DNA of 58,715 bases, counting the filler, from Dugesia japonica (taxonomy: Eukaryota): NCBI GenBank assembly GCA_001938525.1. It is 5 parts of 5 records of this genome, joined end to end, with 100 filler letters (N's around TTAATTAATTAA, not from the genome) between each part and the next. Parts side by side here need not be neighbours in the genome. Positions count along the whole stretch, not along the records: positions 32,829 to 45,789 come from MQRL01620933.1; positions 45,890 to 58,715 come from MQRL01618631.1; 3 more parts are not named here. One strand, written 5' to 3'. Position numbers and translations under genes: made by a program. Every line of letters begins with the position of its first letter. The first letter of the stretch is position 1. This document shows positions 36,701-50,067 of the stretch, piece by piece. Below the pieces are notes generated by a model. That model ran no database searches, was not told where the DNA came from, and saw only the letters and a list, made by a program, of their open reading frames with translations.

Positions 36701-37164
36701 TTTCTTCTATTGTCTGAAATAATTTTACAACTATTCCATCTTGAGACATCTATTTTAAGTATTCTTTGGCAACGATATAAATCCGATTCTATAATAACTC
36801 CATCATCCACAGTATTCAATATTGATCCGCCAACTTGAATATTTTTCTCTTCTATTTCAATGAACTCTTGTAACACAATATCTTCTTCATTAAGTTCATC
36901 AATTATTTCGAAACTGTTCCAATCATCTTATTCAATATTGATTGCATCTTCTTATTGTACAATATTGGCTGTTTCCTCTTCTTTCGGTTCCAAATTGTTG
37001 ATTTCTTTATCGTCATCTTCAATTATTTCAACAGGTTCATCTTTGATTGTTATTTCTTCAACGTTATCTTCAATAGCAATTGTTTCAATGGGTTCATCCT
37101 TAACTGTTATTTCTTCCAACTTAATTCTCTTATTTACTGGTGTTTCNTAAAACTCATTATTCAT
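33712..37164 (-). pseudogene. Protein-primed family B DNA polymerase (Polinton/Maverick/adintovirus type), near full length, frameshifted
   Basis: Acidic N-terminus with IQVGG; SGKSYIPT...AILNIKNNDNYCF; PFVIYADFES (exonuclease I); RDHDHFTGKYIGAA (endoVII-like); FHNLRGYDLH; LYIDINNLYGWALSQ; KLLNNSLYGK; DDKR...PYGHY at the C-terminus. Confidence 0.93.
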
Positions 37165-37599
37165 CTGTCTATTTAATATTGATTTTAATATAAATTTCTT
37201 ATTTGTAGTAAAACATGACAAGTGTTTCTTATGTGTCCTATAAAAACTTAAGTAGTCACCTAAACCTTACAATTAGGACACACAAAATAATTTTTTCCAT
37301 AAAACCATTGGCCATAGTATCCTTTCATGATACTATGACAGTTACCATTGTGCCGCGCACTAGCGCAATGGTTGGTGTATAGTTGACACTGTACTAAAAT
37401 AATTATGCGATTTTAAAAAAAGCATAACAAAATAATGATGCGATTTTAATAATAGCATGATAAAATAATGATTTTAATAATAATTTTATTAATATTTTTT
37501 CTTTTAAAAAAAACATGAAAAGCATTTATCAAGACTACCCAAAGTATATATATTTAGACTTCAAAAAAACTTTAAATTTCCCCAACTCCAAAAAAAGCA

Positions 37600-38080
37600 T
37601 TAATTAAAACAAAAAAATCCATTAATTAAAACAAAAAAAACAATTCAACCCTTCAGGATCAAAAATTTCTGAACATGATCAAAAAAAATTTGATCCAATC
37701 AAACATTTCTGATCTGATCACCTCCCTTATATATTGAGTGACAACCAGTAAAAAATTGATAGATCACTGAAATTCATAGATCACTCAAACTTCGAGTGAT
37801 CTACTAAAAAATTAATAGATCACTCAAAAGTCGAGTGATCTACTAAAAAAATCATACATCACTCAAAGTCTACTCGATTTACTCGAAATATTTCATGGAT
37901 CCCCAAAAACTCGCAAAGAAATCACCAAAAATTCTCCAAAATCCCCAAATAAAAATCACAAAAAGAAAAGTAACCCAAATTCCGAGTGAAAAAAAATCAT
38001 AAATCACTCAAACCACGCTCAAAATTCATAAATCACCTACCCCCTTCCGGGTTGATCGAGTGTGCTACTATCTACTTACT
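37600..38080 (-). repeat. Probable Polinton terminal inverted repeat and terminus
   Basis: Repeated palindromic units TAGATCACTCAAA..TCGAGTGATCTA (37775-37845). Ends CTACTATCTACTTACT, whose reverse complement AGTAAGTAGATAGTAG resembles the AGT-repeat termini of Polintons. Lies directly upstream of pPolB. Confidence 0.55.
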
Positions 38081-38544
38081 AATAATTTCTAAATTTATGA
38101 TCAGCTACTCCTTGGAAATTCTCTATAATCGTTAGTCGACATTCCTTGCAGTAGAGAATCAAATTTAGAAAAGAAAATTTTGTTAGTCGTCCAAGTTAAA
38201 TTGCTGTAAGAAGGATAAATATACGGCAAGAAAATAATTTCAATTTATTGTTCAACAACTAAATTTAATCAAGCATCAATCCTATTTACAATCTAATTCC
38301 GATTTTAGCCAAATTGCCTCTATAAAATCAATTTCAAATTCGATTTTTTGCGTAGTCATCAATCAAGTATGTTTTTGTACATTTGTATTATTATCAATTA
38401 ATGATATGCATTTCTATAAAATGTCTCTTAGTTTTTCATTTTTATCAATATTCTTCAATTTACTACATCTTTTAATGCTTATACATAATGATCAATTATA
38501 ACGATTATAAACCTGTTTTTCCTGTTTGATAGAAAAATGTAACT

Positions 38545-39575
38545 AGATATCCGAAGCATGCAGAAACAGTGGCTAGAGAAATTTCTCATTTCTGTAAGGT
38601 AGGTATACCAACTGAGATTCTTACTGATGAGGGAACAAACCTTTTAAAGCTCAATAATGATGTAATTATAAAATTTTCTTGGCATCAAACAAATCAGAAC
38701 TTCCCCATTTCACCCTCAGACTAACGGTATATGTGAAAGATTCAATAGTTCTCTAAAGGCAATTATCAGTGGGTACCGATGGTAAAGATTGGGATGAATT
38801 CTTTTCATATTTATGCTATGCGTATCGTTCCTCAATTCATGAAAATTTTGGATTTAGTCCTTTTGAACTATTGTTTGGCCGTGATGATCAGGGCCCTTTA
38901 TCGTTAGCTTACATAGAGATGTTGGGTAAAGAAAAGGTTGAATCAAACATCTGCGAATTGATGTTAAACTTTAAAGATAAATTAATGCAGGGTACAGAAA
39001 TAAAGTTACAACAAGAAAATTTTAAAAAATCAAAAAAGAAGAAATGGTATGATAAAGAATCAAGAGATAGACAATTTGTTCCAATCAATGAAGTTTTAGT
39101 TTTATTACCGAAATCTGCTAATAAAATTATGCCAGGATGGTAGGGTCCCTATAAAATTTTAGAACGAATTAGAGACGTTAACTATAAAGTTGACACAGGA
39201 CGAACAAAGAAAAGATATTGAACATTTCACGTTAATTTACTGAGCTCATGGGTAAATCAGCAAGAAATAATCGTACAATCAGCTCTCAAATCTGAAACCA
39301 CAATAACAGATTGGAATACCGTACGAATCAATGAAGAACTTTCAGATAAATTAATTCAAACGTGTAGAAAACTGGTAGAACTCTACCAAGACATTTTTAA
39401 GTCGAAACCAGGGTTGATAAAGTCAACAAAATTCAGTATTCAATTACCTGATAATAAGCCAATAGCCCTCAAGTGGCATATTTGCTTTGAGATACCATGA
39501 AAAATGAAATCGCGATGTTACTTATGGAATATATAATTGAAGTATCATCAAGTCCGTATTCAACTTTATTTGATT
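38545..39575 (+). pseudogene. Gmr1-like Gypsy pol fragment (integrase followed in frame by the RT N-terminus)
   Basis: ILTDEG, FHPQTNGICERFN, SPFELLFGR, GPY, FHVNLL, then YQDIFKSKPG...IQLPDNKPI...IIEVSSSPYS. Confidence 0.8.
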
Positions 39576-39579
39576 NCAT

Positions 39580-40386
39580 TCCAACTACATTAACTGTTAC
39601 GTTTACATAACGTAAGATGGTGCAATCTGTTCATTCATCCACAGTAATAGCAAGTTTACGATTTGCTTTTTTAAATTTTTCAAATTTATTTCGCAGTTCA
39701 ATACATTTTTCTTTACAAAAGCTGATGATGCATTTTGAAGTAGTTGTTGGACTTTTTGCCATTTTATAACCTTTTGTTGCACGTATCCAGCTATTGCATC
39801 GGATTTGCTTATTGCTTGGATTGACATGCCATAAACTGTTGTGACTTTTGACAATATTTCATTTAAAGAATGTTTTTTACAAAGTTCAAAATAGTGCTTG
39901 TTTCAGTTTTTGCCTTTTCCGCGGAACATTATTTTTGTCATAATTTTCCCTTGATACCGATTTAGATATAAATATGTTGTTTCGTAACTTCAAATTATTA
40001 ATCATAGGAGTGATTGAACTTCTACACACTACGGTCGCGTTACAGGTACCACATGTGGATTAACCAATTTTTTTTCGTCTTTCTTAAAAAAACTTCCACG
40101 CCTCGGATTTTGTTGACATGGCTAAAAATCTAAATATGTAATGATGTAAAATAATTTAACAAACTTTAATTTACCTTTTAAATATAAGAAATGTCCAAAA
40201 AAATTAATGTAACAATTGATTACGATTTATTTTAATCATTAAAATTTTTAATGACAATAACAGTTATAATTTCGTATCGTTCAAAAATATTCGAATATTT
40301 TTCCAAATATTCGAATATCAAATAGTCAATTAACACACAAATATATTCGAATATTAAGTATTCGAATATTTAGTTTGGAATCTCTA
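39580..40386 (-). mobile_element. hAT transposon, 5' half
   Basis: Terminus reverse complement TAGAGATTCC; TATTCGAATA subterminal palindromes at 40288-40370; BED finger MSTKSEAWKFF...CGTC; FAITVDE catalytic motif at about 39635-39660. Confidence 0.75.
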
Positions 40387-40984
40387 AGTTACATAAAAAA
40401 TGAAATTTTTTTTCATACGCCGAGGGGTGGTTTAACTCCCTAACCTTGGCTACACTACTGGTACAAACTCCTACTTTACAGTGATGAAACTCGTATTTTC
40501 TATGATAAGACCAGTATTTCAATGATAAAGCTAGTACTTTGAATGATGAACTATTATTTTCTAATGTTGAAAGTCATATTTTCAATAACAAAACCATATA
40601 ATAATGTATAAGTTATAGTCAAAAGATTGATTTTATTGACTGATAATTAGGTATTTAAAAGGAAAAAAACCCATGTAAACCAAAGTGCACGCAGGGAACC
40701 AATGATCAAGCAGAGATGCAAACAGATGATGACAAATGATATATATTTTATTGAAAAGGATACATATAATTAAAACAGAATCTAAGTGACATGTGATCTA
40801 TTATGTAACAAATACACACATAGTTTATTATGTAATAATTGATTTTTAGTTGCTATGTTAAGTAAGAAAAAGTCCACCGGAGAAGAAGAGCAGATAAATT
40901 TAGAAAAACANNNNNNNNNNNNNNNNNNNNNNNNNNNNNNNNNNNNNNNNNNNNNNNNNNNAAATAGTATTTTTAACATTTTTC

Positions 40985-42000
40985 TCTACTACTCTTTATT
41001 GGTATTCTCTCAAACATACTCGTTTTATCCTGCTACAAATTGCTTGAATGGGTTTAGGAATAAGACTTCGTTTGAGAAACCTCTTTGTGAAAGAATTCCA
41101 ACTGGTACAACGTTATATAGAATGTCTGATGAGAAAGAATTATTATTTAGGGATTACTATAAGATGATCACTTCTTCTTTCGTAATTTACGCTGATTTCG
41201 AGTCAGTTTTGCCTAAAGATTCAAAATACTTTCAACTACATGAATTGATTTCTGTTGAACTTTTACTTGTAAATAATTTTACTAATGAAGTTAAGTATCA
41301 TTAGTTCGTCGGTTATGATTGCATTACCGATTTCTTGCAAATGATTGAGGATTTAATTAAAACTGTTGTCCAACTTTATTATGAGAAAAATAGTAGAAAG
41401 TTGATAATAATTACAGATGATGAGGAAATAAGTTTTAAAAGATATAAAATCTGTTATTTATGCAAAAAACAAATAATTAATTCAGTAAGACATCATAATC
41501 ATTTTACTGGTAAATATATAAGACTTGCTTATTCCAAATTTAATGTAAGTAGGAAAATAAGGTTTGATAATAATAATTTGATAATGATTATTTGAATGGG
41601 GTATGATCTCCATCATATATTGAAATACGGTCTTAGTAGATTTTCAAATTGGAATATTTCTTGCATTCCAATTACTAGTTAAAAGTATTTGAGTTTGACT
41701 GCACATATAGATAAAATTACTGTAAAATTTATAAATAGCTATCAATTTATTAATTCTTCTCTTGATGCTGCTGTTAGAACAATAGATTCAACTCCATTAA
41801 CATCAAAGGAGTTTAAGGATAGCCGACTTATTAACACTAAGAGGATATTTCCTTATAACTTTGCAACTAGTTTAGAAGTTTTAGAGGAAACTCAAGTGAT
41901 GCCACCTATTTAGGATGGAGTTACTGAGGAAAATTATTTGAAAGCTGTTGAGATGTGGAAATTTTCTGGTTGTAAGAATCGTTTAGACTATATGCTTGAC
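40985..42000 (+). pseudogene. Second pPolB fragment (exonuclease and endoVII region)
   Basis: CLNGF, SFVIYADFESVLP, RHHNHFTGKY, GYDLHHIL, FINSYQFINSSL, IFPY. Collinear with 35950-35200 but diverged. Confidence 0.88.
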
Positions 42001-42780
42001 AGAGGTCTGGGCACCAAAATTCCAAATTTGAGATTTTTCAACACAAAACCCTATTTATTTCATACCGGATAAACTTTGATTATTTAGGTTTATATATTTG
42101 GAATCAGCGGAAAATTCTCTATCTAATAGATCTGTTTATTTCCTGAAAAAACGAGATAAAAGTTTTTCAAAAAAATTTTATGTGTGAAGAATAATCTCTG
42201 TCGAATTCTGCATCAATTGATGTAAAAATTTCTACAAAGAAATTTTTCAAAAATTTTCAAAAGTTCGGAGGTTCCGGATTCTCTTAAAAAAATTTGATTT
42301 AATAAATTTTAAAATTTTCATATTATTTAAACAAATTGAGTTGTTCACCCGAATTTCCATAAAAAATCCTATAAAAATACATACTAAATACACTGTAAAA
42401 AATACTACCGTTTAAAAAGTCTAAAAAATTCTATGCTTAAAAAGCCTATAAAAATTTCCCAACTAAATACGCAAAAAAAATTCTACTGTTTAAAAAACCT
42501 AAAATTTGAAAATAATTCGGGAAACTTTTAAAAAATACGAGCAAAACTTATGTAATCGCACATAAATTTTGTTAGCCACCTAAATACACATGAAAAATAC
42601 TGCCTCAATTAAGTAATAATGTCGCGACGAAATTAATTACATTATGTAATGCACAAAAATGTGTGCTGCCGCCTATTTACATTGGAAAAATACTGCCTCA
42701 CTTATGTAATAATCCGATTACAAAAAGAGGAGGGTGGTACTGTATGTGTGCAGTGGTTCACCGCTACTATTTTTTTACTA
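42001..42780 (+). repeat. Possible Polinton-like terminal region
   Basis: Short repeated units (CTAAATACAC..AAAAATACTGCC). Ends GCTACTATTTTTTTACTA, similar to the terminus at 38064-38080. Confidence 0.35.
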
Positions 42781-43204
42781 ACAAATTTATAATTTTTAAT
42801 TAAAATCAACTTTTTTCAAAAAATTAATACGTCTCACCCAACTTACAGAAAAATTTCAATTAAATATTAAAATCACCCATAATTAATTCTCTTTTCATCC
42901 AAACCTTTTCCCTCAACGAAAAGAATTCTTAACACCTTTATACTACTTATGAACATCACCTAATCAAATTTGAGAACAAAAAAATCAGAAATCAAAGCAC
43001 AATCGACCACCATCATACTCCTCATCACATCACCTTTCCAGCAACACATCACCCACCTAAATCCATCAACTATCAACAACACTCCAAAAAATCAACGCTC
43101 AATAACTCATACGTTGTGCCAGTGCGCCACTAGCCCTTATAGACCAAACCATCTATCCCATCCAATAAGTACTTTAGGCAATGTATAGCTAATATTTTAA
43201 TTCC

Positions 43205-44870
43205 AACGTATTGGAGCTGGTACATTCTCAATTTTGATNNNNNNNNNNNNNNNNNNNNNNNNNNNNNNNNNNNNNNNNNNNNNNNNNNCTACTATTTGAG
43301 CTGAACAGCTATAAAATCGTTATCTATTATCATTGCTCTTCTAAAACTTGGTTTTGATGTGCAAGTAATCAGCTTTTTAGATGAATTACAGATACTCAGA
43401 GTAGTTCTTTTCTTTAAATTTTCAACAATTTTCCATGTTGACTATTATTTAATAACTTATAGTAGTTCTTCACCAATCCGGTTTTATTGTCTCATCTTAG
43501 CTCAGTGTTCATGTCAATATAATTTTTAAAGATATTTTCCTGTTTTAATTTCATTCCTCTATGTATTTTTTAATTTTAATTTCTAATTCTGAATACATAT
43601 GCAGCAACCTCCAGTACACTGCATGATTTTCTTTTGTAAAATGCGTCAACACTAGTTCTTTCATTTTACTATCTTGTTGAGATGCTTTGGGGATAGTTGC
43701 CAAATTAAATCAGCAATTGCGTGAGTTTAATAGTCTCTTTTAATATGTCCTAAAACAATTCGAATAAGATATATTATACTTATATGTTTTCCTTATTCAA
43801 CCTTAATATCGTTAATATATATGAAAAAATATGAATATAAATATACTATATAGTCAGCTGTTCAAATAATGAAAAAATTTATTTTTAAAATTTTATTGTT
43901 AACTCAAAATTGTACACGTTAAGATTTTAAATTAAAAAATACACGTCTAGATTTTGATCTCAGAATTGTTGGTTAGGTAAACCTCAACTTCACTTGAGAT
44001 ATAAAAATTTTAAGGGGGATTTGAATGAAAAATCACTCTCTATTTATACCAAAATTACATGCACATACATATCAGTAAAATAAATAAAATTCCATTAGAA
44101 ATAAATAAAACTACATTAAAATAAAATTACGTTATAGAAAAATTTACAAAATTTCTTGAAAATATTTACATTTCATTTACATTTCAAAATGTTTATTTTA
44201 TAAAACTATTTGAAAATGTTTACATTTTATATACATTTTAAAATGTATATTGATTTATTTCATTATTGAGATTGTGCACAATTAAATAAAAACAAAAATT
44301 GATTTATTGCCGTTGATAAAAAATAAATTGATAAAAATAAAAATTATAATAAAATTATAAGATCAACATTCGATTATACATGAACATTCGATATCACTAT
44401 AATAAATAAATGTTAAGTCAAATTAAATAACACAAAAATCAAATTAGATGACATAAAAAGTATAATTGGATCACTGATTAATGGTCTTGCATTGTCGATT
44501 GAAATGGTTAATTGAGGCATTTGATGATGAACTCTGATTGTGATTTGAGGATGAGCTTCTCTAGTTTTATGTTGGTGTATTTGTATCCTGCTATGTTTGC
44601 GTGTGATGTTTGTAGTTGATATGTACCAACAATTTGGAGGGTTTTGGTGTTCAGCTGCTACCGGAAGATCATTCAAATAATTATGGAGGTCATCGGAAAT
44701 TACAATTTCAATCTCTAATACATATCCATATGACAGTGAATCCAAGTCCATTCTTCTAAAATCTTCTAATTTTTCATCTCAACCCAAATGGACCCATTCA
44801 AAATATTTGTAAGGCAACTTTTGACTTAATGCCCAAACCATGTAGATTATTATTATTATATACAAAAAAT
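43205..44870 (-). pseudogene. Third pPolB fragment (polymerase core) split by a solo LTR
   Basis: WALSQKLPY...DLDSLSYGYVLEIEI...LNDLPVAAEH (44870-44632) resumes as SKMKELVLTH...KNYYKLLNNS..GK.VENL...SKLRMYQLQY (43670-43205). Confidence 0.88.
43675..44631 (-). mobile_element. 957-bp solo LTR
   Basis: TGTTG...CAACA termini with a 4-bp TSD ATCT/ATTT (one mismatch). Removing the LTR and one TSD restores the pPolB frame PPNSKMKEL. GTATAAATA lies on the minus strand. Confidence 0.8.
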
Positions 44871-45099
44871 GTTGAATTACTTAAAACTTATGAAAATATC
44901 AGAATCTTAAATTAATTTTAAATTAATGAAATGTTGCTAACATTCTTTAGAAATCATATTTTTAAAGAAATTAAATACTTTTCCTTTTAATTGATTTTTA
45001 ATAGAAAAAATAAAAAAGAAAATTTAATACCCAATATTTTCCTCAATAATTAATAATAATAAAAATATCACATTTGGGAAATCATGTAATGCGATAATT

Positions 45100-45789
45100 A
45101 TGTAAACAATATTTGATAGCTTTTTAAAAAGATGTTTTTCTTATTTCTTATTTTTCTTTTATATTTAATTCATAATTCCTGCTCATCATTATTTTATTCA
45201 CTTTACATATTTTTCTCTTTTGTCTCCGAAGACAATGCCATTCAAATACCCTTTTGTTTCAATTAACCGTTGTTGTTTTATAACTAAAAGAAACTACATA
45301 GAAAAAATTATATTTTAAAAAACTGCCGATTTCATATTAGTTCAACTAAACAACATCTATTTCTACATCCCCCTCTCGAATTTATTGTTTGTATTTAGGA
45401 TTTACTTTTCGCTCTCGAATTGGGTAGCGCCTGTCTTTACTTTCGGTTTTTTGCAACTCTAATGCATTAGGTCTCGTTGTTATACTGATGATAGTTTCAG
45501 AATTGTAATTAGTTGGACGAATCTCTAACCTTGAACCGTTTTACTTGGTGAATATTCTTTGTTATTTTGTTATTGTTCAGTAAAAGCTCTAAATTATTAT
45601 TAGGTAAAATATTATTAACTTTCCATGGTCCTGAGAATCTCCTCGTAAGCATACCCCTTTCGTTCGATTTTAACATAACCAAATCCCCTACTTTAGCTTT
45701 GTTTTGTTCTGTTCGTGGTTCTTCCGGTATTTTTAGCTGATTTCTTTTCTCCTTAATATTGTTTTCTGCAAACTCTTTCTTTGCCTGTT
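45100..45789 (-). mobile_element. Gypsy 3' end (integrase tail, PPT, start of 3' LTR)
   Basis: GPWKV, RRYPIRERKVNPKY*, PPT GAGAGGGGGA, then TGTAGAA at 45367. The tail style matches 26565-26630. The LTR left limit is approximate. Confidence 0.75.
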
Positions 45790-47819
45790 NNNNNNNNNNN
45801 NNNNNNNNNNNNNNNNNNNNNNNNNNNNNNNNNTTAATTAATTAANNNNNNNNNNNNNNNNNNNNNNNNNNNNNNNNNNNNNNNNNNNNCAATATAATAA
45901 TAAAATAATTGAGTTATAAGATACAAGAAATTAAATTAGGTAACCTTAGCTAAACCCAAAAGAATTCTCCCAATCTCTAAATACATAATATCATTTATAT
46001 TATTATCATTAAAAAAAATATTCAATATTTATAAACTAATCTTATCATTACAAATTCACAATCTTGTAAAAATATCAATCAAAAATCGAATAAATATTTA
46101 AAATTAATTTTTGACTTGTTTTTCTCCGGTCTTTTTTGTGCAATTATTTTTGTGCGATTCTTTTTGTGTGGTATATGAAAATTTCACATATTCATATACC
46201 GCAGAAAAACAGGTTTGAGTGTATTAATAGGATTTAAGACAAGGATTTGTAAATGGTTCTTCAAACTTAAGAAATCTCATGCTTTGGCTCAAAACTAAAA
46301 TAGTCTAGGCACCCTTGGTTTCAGGGGCGTAGCCAGGATATTTTAGATCAAATTTGTTTTGAATAATAAATAATTCTTATTATAAGGGTTATAATTATTA
46401 TAAGTATAATATTATAATTCTTATTATATTAGGTTGCAACGCCTCAACCTAATGCTCTGGTAAATTTCAAACTCAGGCAGTGACTCATACAATGTATGTA
46501 TAATGCAGTTGTACAACTGTCAGATATTATTTTAGCGACACCAGATTTTTTACCAGAATTAACCATAGTATTATAATATCCTTGATCAACAAAAAAAGAT
46601 TTTAAAAAATAATATAATTCATCACATAATTATAATTTATTTTCAAAATCAAAAACCTTACATGTGANNNNNNNNNNNNNNNNNNNNNNNNNNNNATTTT
46701 CATAATAAATTCAACTATTTGTATAATAGCAACTATTTTTAAAATGAATATATTTTAACAATATAATCAGTAAAGGATCAAGAAAAATAAATTAAATAAG
46801 CTATTTATTCGATATAAGATGGCTATAATTCTTAATTTTTAAATTTTTTAACAATTTTTCAATAAAAAATTAATTTATATAATAATATTTCATTATGTTA
46901 ACTATAAATTCAAAGACGTTTTTCCAAAAAATTTTTAAATTTTTTTAATTTTAGATTATATTAAAAAAATTTGAAAACCTATGAAAATTGAAATTTATTT
47001 CAAAAAATAAAATAGAAAAACTATTATTTAATAAAATTTTATTACTTCATAGGTTTATTTAAAAATGTTTTTGAATAAAGCAGTCGGAGCAAAATGACCA
47101 TTAAGTTAAAAAAAAAATACGAAAACGGTAAATTAAATCAAAAAATTAAAGATAGAAAAGAAAACCCTTAATAATAAAAAGAAGAAATATGAAAAATTTA
47201 AATGAATCAAAATGAAATAAAGAAATAAAATCAAATCCAAATAAAAAACAAAATAAGTAACAATAATTAAGAAGACTAATTTGATAGTTAAAACAAAACA
47301 AGAAAGTTTATGGGAAATGATTATGACATAATTAATTAGAAAATATGAAAATTAATGAAAGTATTCTATGGGAAGGGGTAAGAAAATAATGAGAAAATAA
47401 TATCCGAAATAAGTATGGTAAAATGAAATAATTCAAAAATATAGGATTATTATAATTATAATTACGAGTAGAATCATTGTTATTCAACAATTAACAAACA
47501 ATTTTAGTATAAAAAAAAGAATGAAAATCAATATTAGTATGAGGTATAATTGGAAAACCATATGAAATCCTATTTATATTTGTTTATTATGATTTGGAAA
47601 GAAATATTCAGAAAACAAATAATAGAATCATGTTAACATAAGGTGCTAACTATGGAANNNNNNNNNNNNNNNNNNNNNNNNNNNNNNNNNNNNNNNNNNN
47701 NNNNNNNNNNNNNNNNNNNNNNNNNNNNNNNNNNNNNNNNNNNNNNNNNNNNNNNNNNNNNNNNNNNNNNNNNNNNNNNNNNNNNNNNNNNNNNNNCAAA
47801 AACTATATAGCACTACAAA

Positions 47820-48320
47820 TCAAATAAACGTTTTAGTTCTGTATAATTTTAATTGCTTTAAAATAAAGAAACACAAAGCATCAATTGACTCATCGTTCAA
47901 GTTTGTTTGAAGTTTCAGACAGATTTGACCTGCAGCCGAAAATTTTCTTTCAGTTTCAACACTTGTAGGACGGATTGTCAATAAAACATCATTAATTTGC
48001 TGGATATATTTCCACCGTGTTCCTTCTTCTTCAAAAAACGCCATTCCCTTTTTCAAAAGATTAAAAATTGTCTTAGATTTATTTTTGCTTGTTTTCCGGA
48101 AACAATATAATTTACTTCTTTCGATATAGCCTGATGAAGTATTTCCTTTATACTAAGGTTTCCAAATTGGTTCTGCGGTTTCTTTTTTTTTTTAACTTCA
48201 TAATCATTATTGTCTTTATCACTATTTTTGATACTAACGTTCTATTTTACATTAAATAAATCGTAATTTNNNNNNNNNNNNNNNNNNNNNTTGAGTATTA
48301 CAGCTTTGGTGAGTTTTAGA
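47820..48320 (-). pseudogene. hAT transposase C-terminal dimerisation domain
   Basis: LLTIRPTSVETERKFSAAG...TNLNDESIDALCF. Confidence 0.85.
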
Positions 48321-48725
48321 AATGAAGACTTTTATTTAATTGTTTATTTTTAGTTATTTCGGTTATTAAATAATTTATTTTCATTTTATTTTATCTCATA
48401 TCAGATAACAACTACCCATCTATTTTTGAATAAATGCTACTTGGTGAATTTGATAAAAACTAAAGTTAATTGATATTTTTAACATGTTGTACTCAAAATA
48501 AAGACTCTAAATAGACGAGTGGATAGTTAAGAAATTTTACAGAGACCTCTGTAAGAGTGTGGACAAGGGATGATAACCGATAACAGCGGATACTTTCTCT
48601 GGTCCATACTCCAGTAGTGGGCAACAAGAACATATCAGGCCGTAGGTCAAAAATTTGTTGAATATGTTAGTTTTATTTTTTGATTTAATTGTCACCATTT
48701 GTTTATTGATAACTTGTAATAAATC

Positions 48726-49630
48726 AATGTTTCTTAACCTTTTTTGCAGTTTACCCCCAAATTGTTATTATTATTTGAGAACGCCACCATTACTTTAATA
48801 GAATGCTTTAATATAAAACAAAGTTGATATCATCCAAGCAGGTATGTCCTCTTAACTAGAATACANATATAGAAACATAGTGTTAATAANAATTGTCACT
48901 TACCAAAATAATTGTCGAAAACATGTTCCAATATGCAGTTTATAATATTCAATTACATTACGTTTAATTAAATCCTTGAATTTGGTAAGAGTGTGCTATT
49001 TCTGCTACGTTAGGTTGAAATTTTGTGAGATATAGGCGCAAATCACCCCGCTGTGTAATATCCAATCATTTTCTTTTAGTGGTGAGCAAATCGTTGACAG
49101 TAGAAAAAACAGACTTCACATGATAACTGGACGGAAACGAAAGCAAGCATTGCGTAACTTTCGTACATTATATTAGATATCTATTTATCAAGCTTTCGTC
49201 AAACCAAAACACTGAGTCTTTGTGCTTGAATAAAATTTTAGCATCAGAATCATTGAGTAGGTCTGAAATTTCATCTTGAAAACTATCTTCTACATCGGAG
49301 AGTTCAGTCAGAAATGGCTGGATGATCCAGTCAGGAAAATCCATTTGTCTCAAGTTTGTGAATCTCTCCTGGAATTCATCAAAATGCATTCTAATATGCT
49401 CACATATTATGACGGATTCACTAACAGAGATAAGAGAACATTTCTGATTATTATTATGTAAAGTTGTAATTTTGTTATGCGGCAGATTTTTGTTTTAGTG
49501 GAGACTAGTGGTGAATTTGATTCTTGAAGATCTTTATTTAAAATATTTAGTTTGTCGAATATATCTGCTAAATAAGATGCCAGGGATTTACTGTCTTCAG
49601 ATTCTAAAATTTTTGTATGAACTGATTTTT
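48726..49630 (-). mobile_element. hAT (Charlie/Buster-type) 3' remnant
   Basis: ASYLADIFDKLNILNKDLQ, FQERFTNL..MDFPDWIIQPF, FPSSY..KSVFS, RGDLRLYLT. TIR-like CAATGTTTCTTAACCTTTTTT at 48726. Confidence 0.8.
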
Positions 49631-50067
49631 AATGAACTGATAAATTTTGTACATTGATATCTTATATTTCTGTTCTTCTTTTCTAATCTGAAATCACGTT
49701 TTGATTAGTGCTAAAATTACCTTTCTTCTACAAAGAAATACAAATTATAAAAAATTTAACAAAACGAATATTTAAATTTTCAACAAAAATTTGTATTTTT
49801 ATATGAAAAAAGTAATCTTTTTATTTAGATTAAAATTAAAAGATAACACAATATTGTAGAAATTAAATCAAAATCACTCAATAAATTTAGGCCATTAGCA
49901 TTTTTTAATCTCATTTTAAACATTTTTGAAGGAATCGGAAAATAATTTAGTGTTCGTTAACCGAGTACTCACTGTATAGTGCAGATATAATAATTTTCAA
50001 TTCCAATTATTACATAACAGCAAACAATAATTATCTCTTGAGAAGAATAAATGTACTAACACAAATA

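Noticed and set aside
37740-38040. Palindromic repeats resembling a CRISPR array
   Set aside because: No unique spacers of constant length and a eukaryotic context; better explained as Polinton subterminal repeats.
46322-46340. CAGGGGCGTAGCCAG hAT-like terminus (similar fragments at about 40448 and 57122)
   Set aside because: No correctly oriented partner end or TSD is identifiable.
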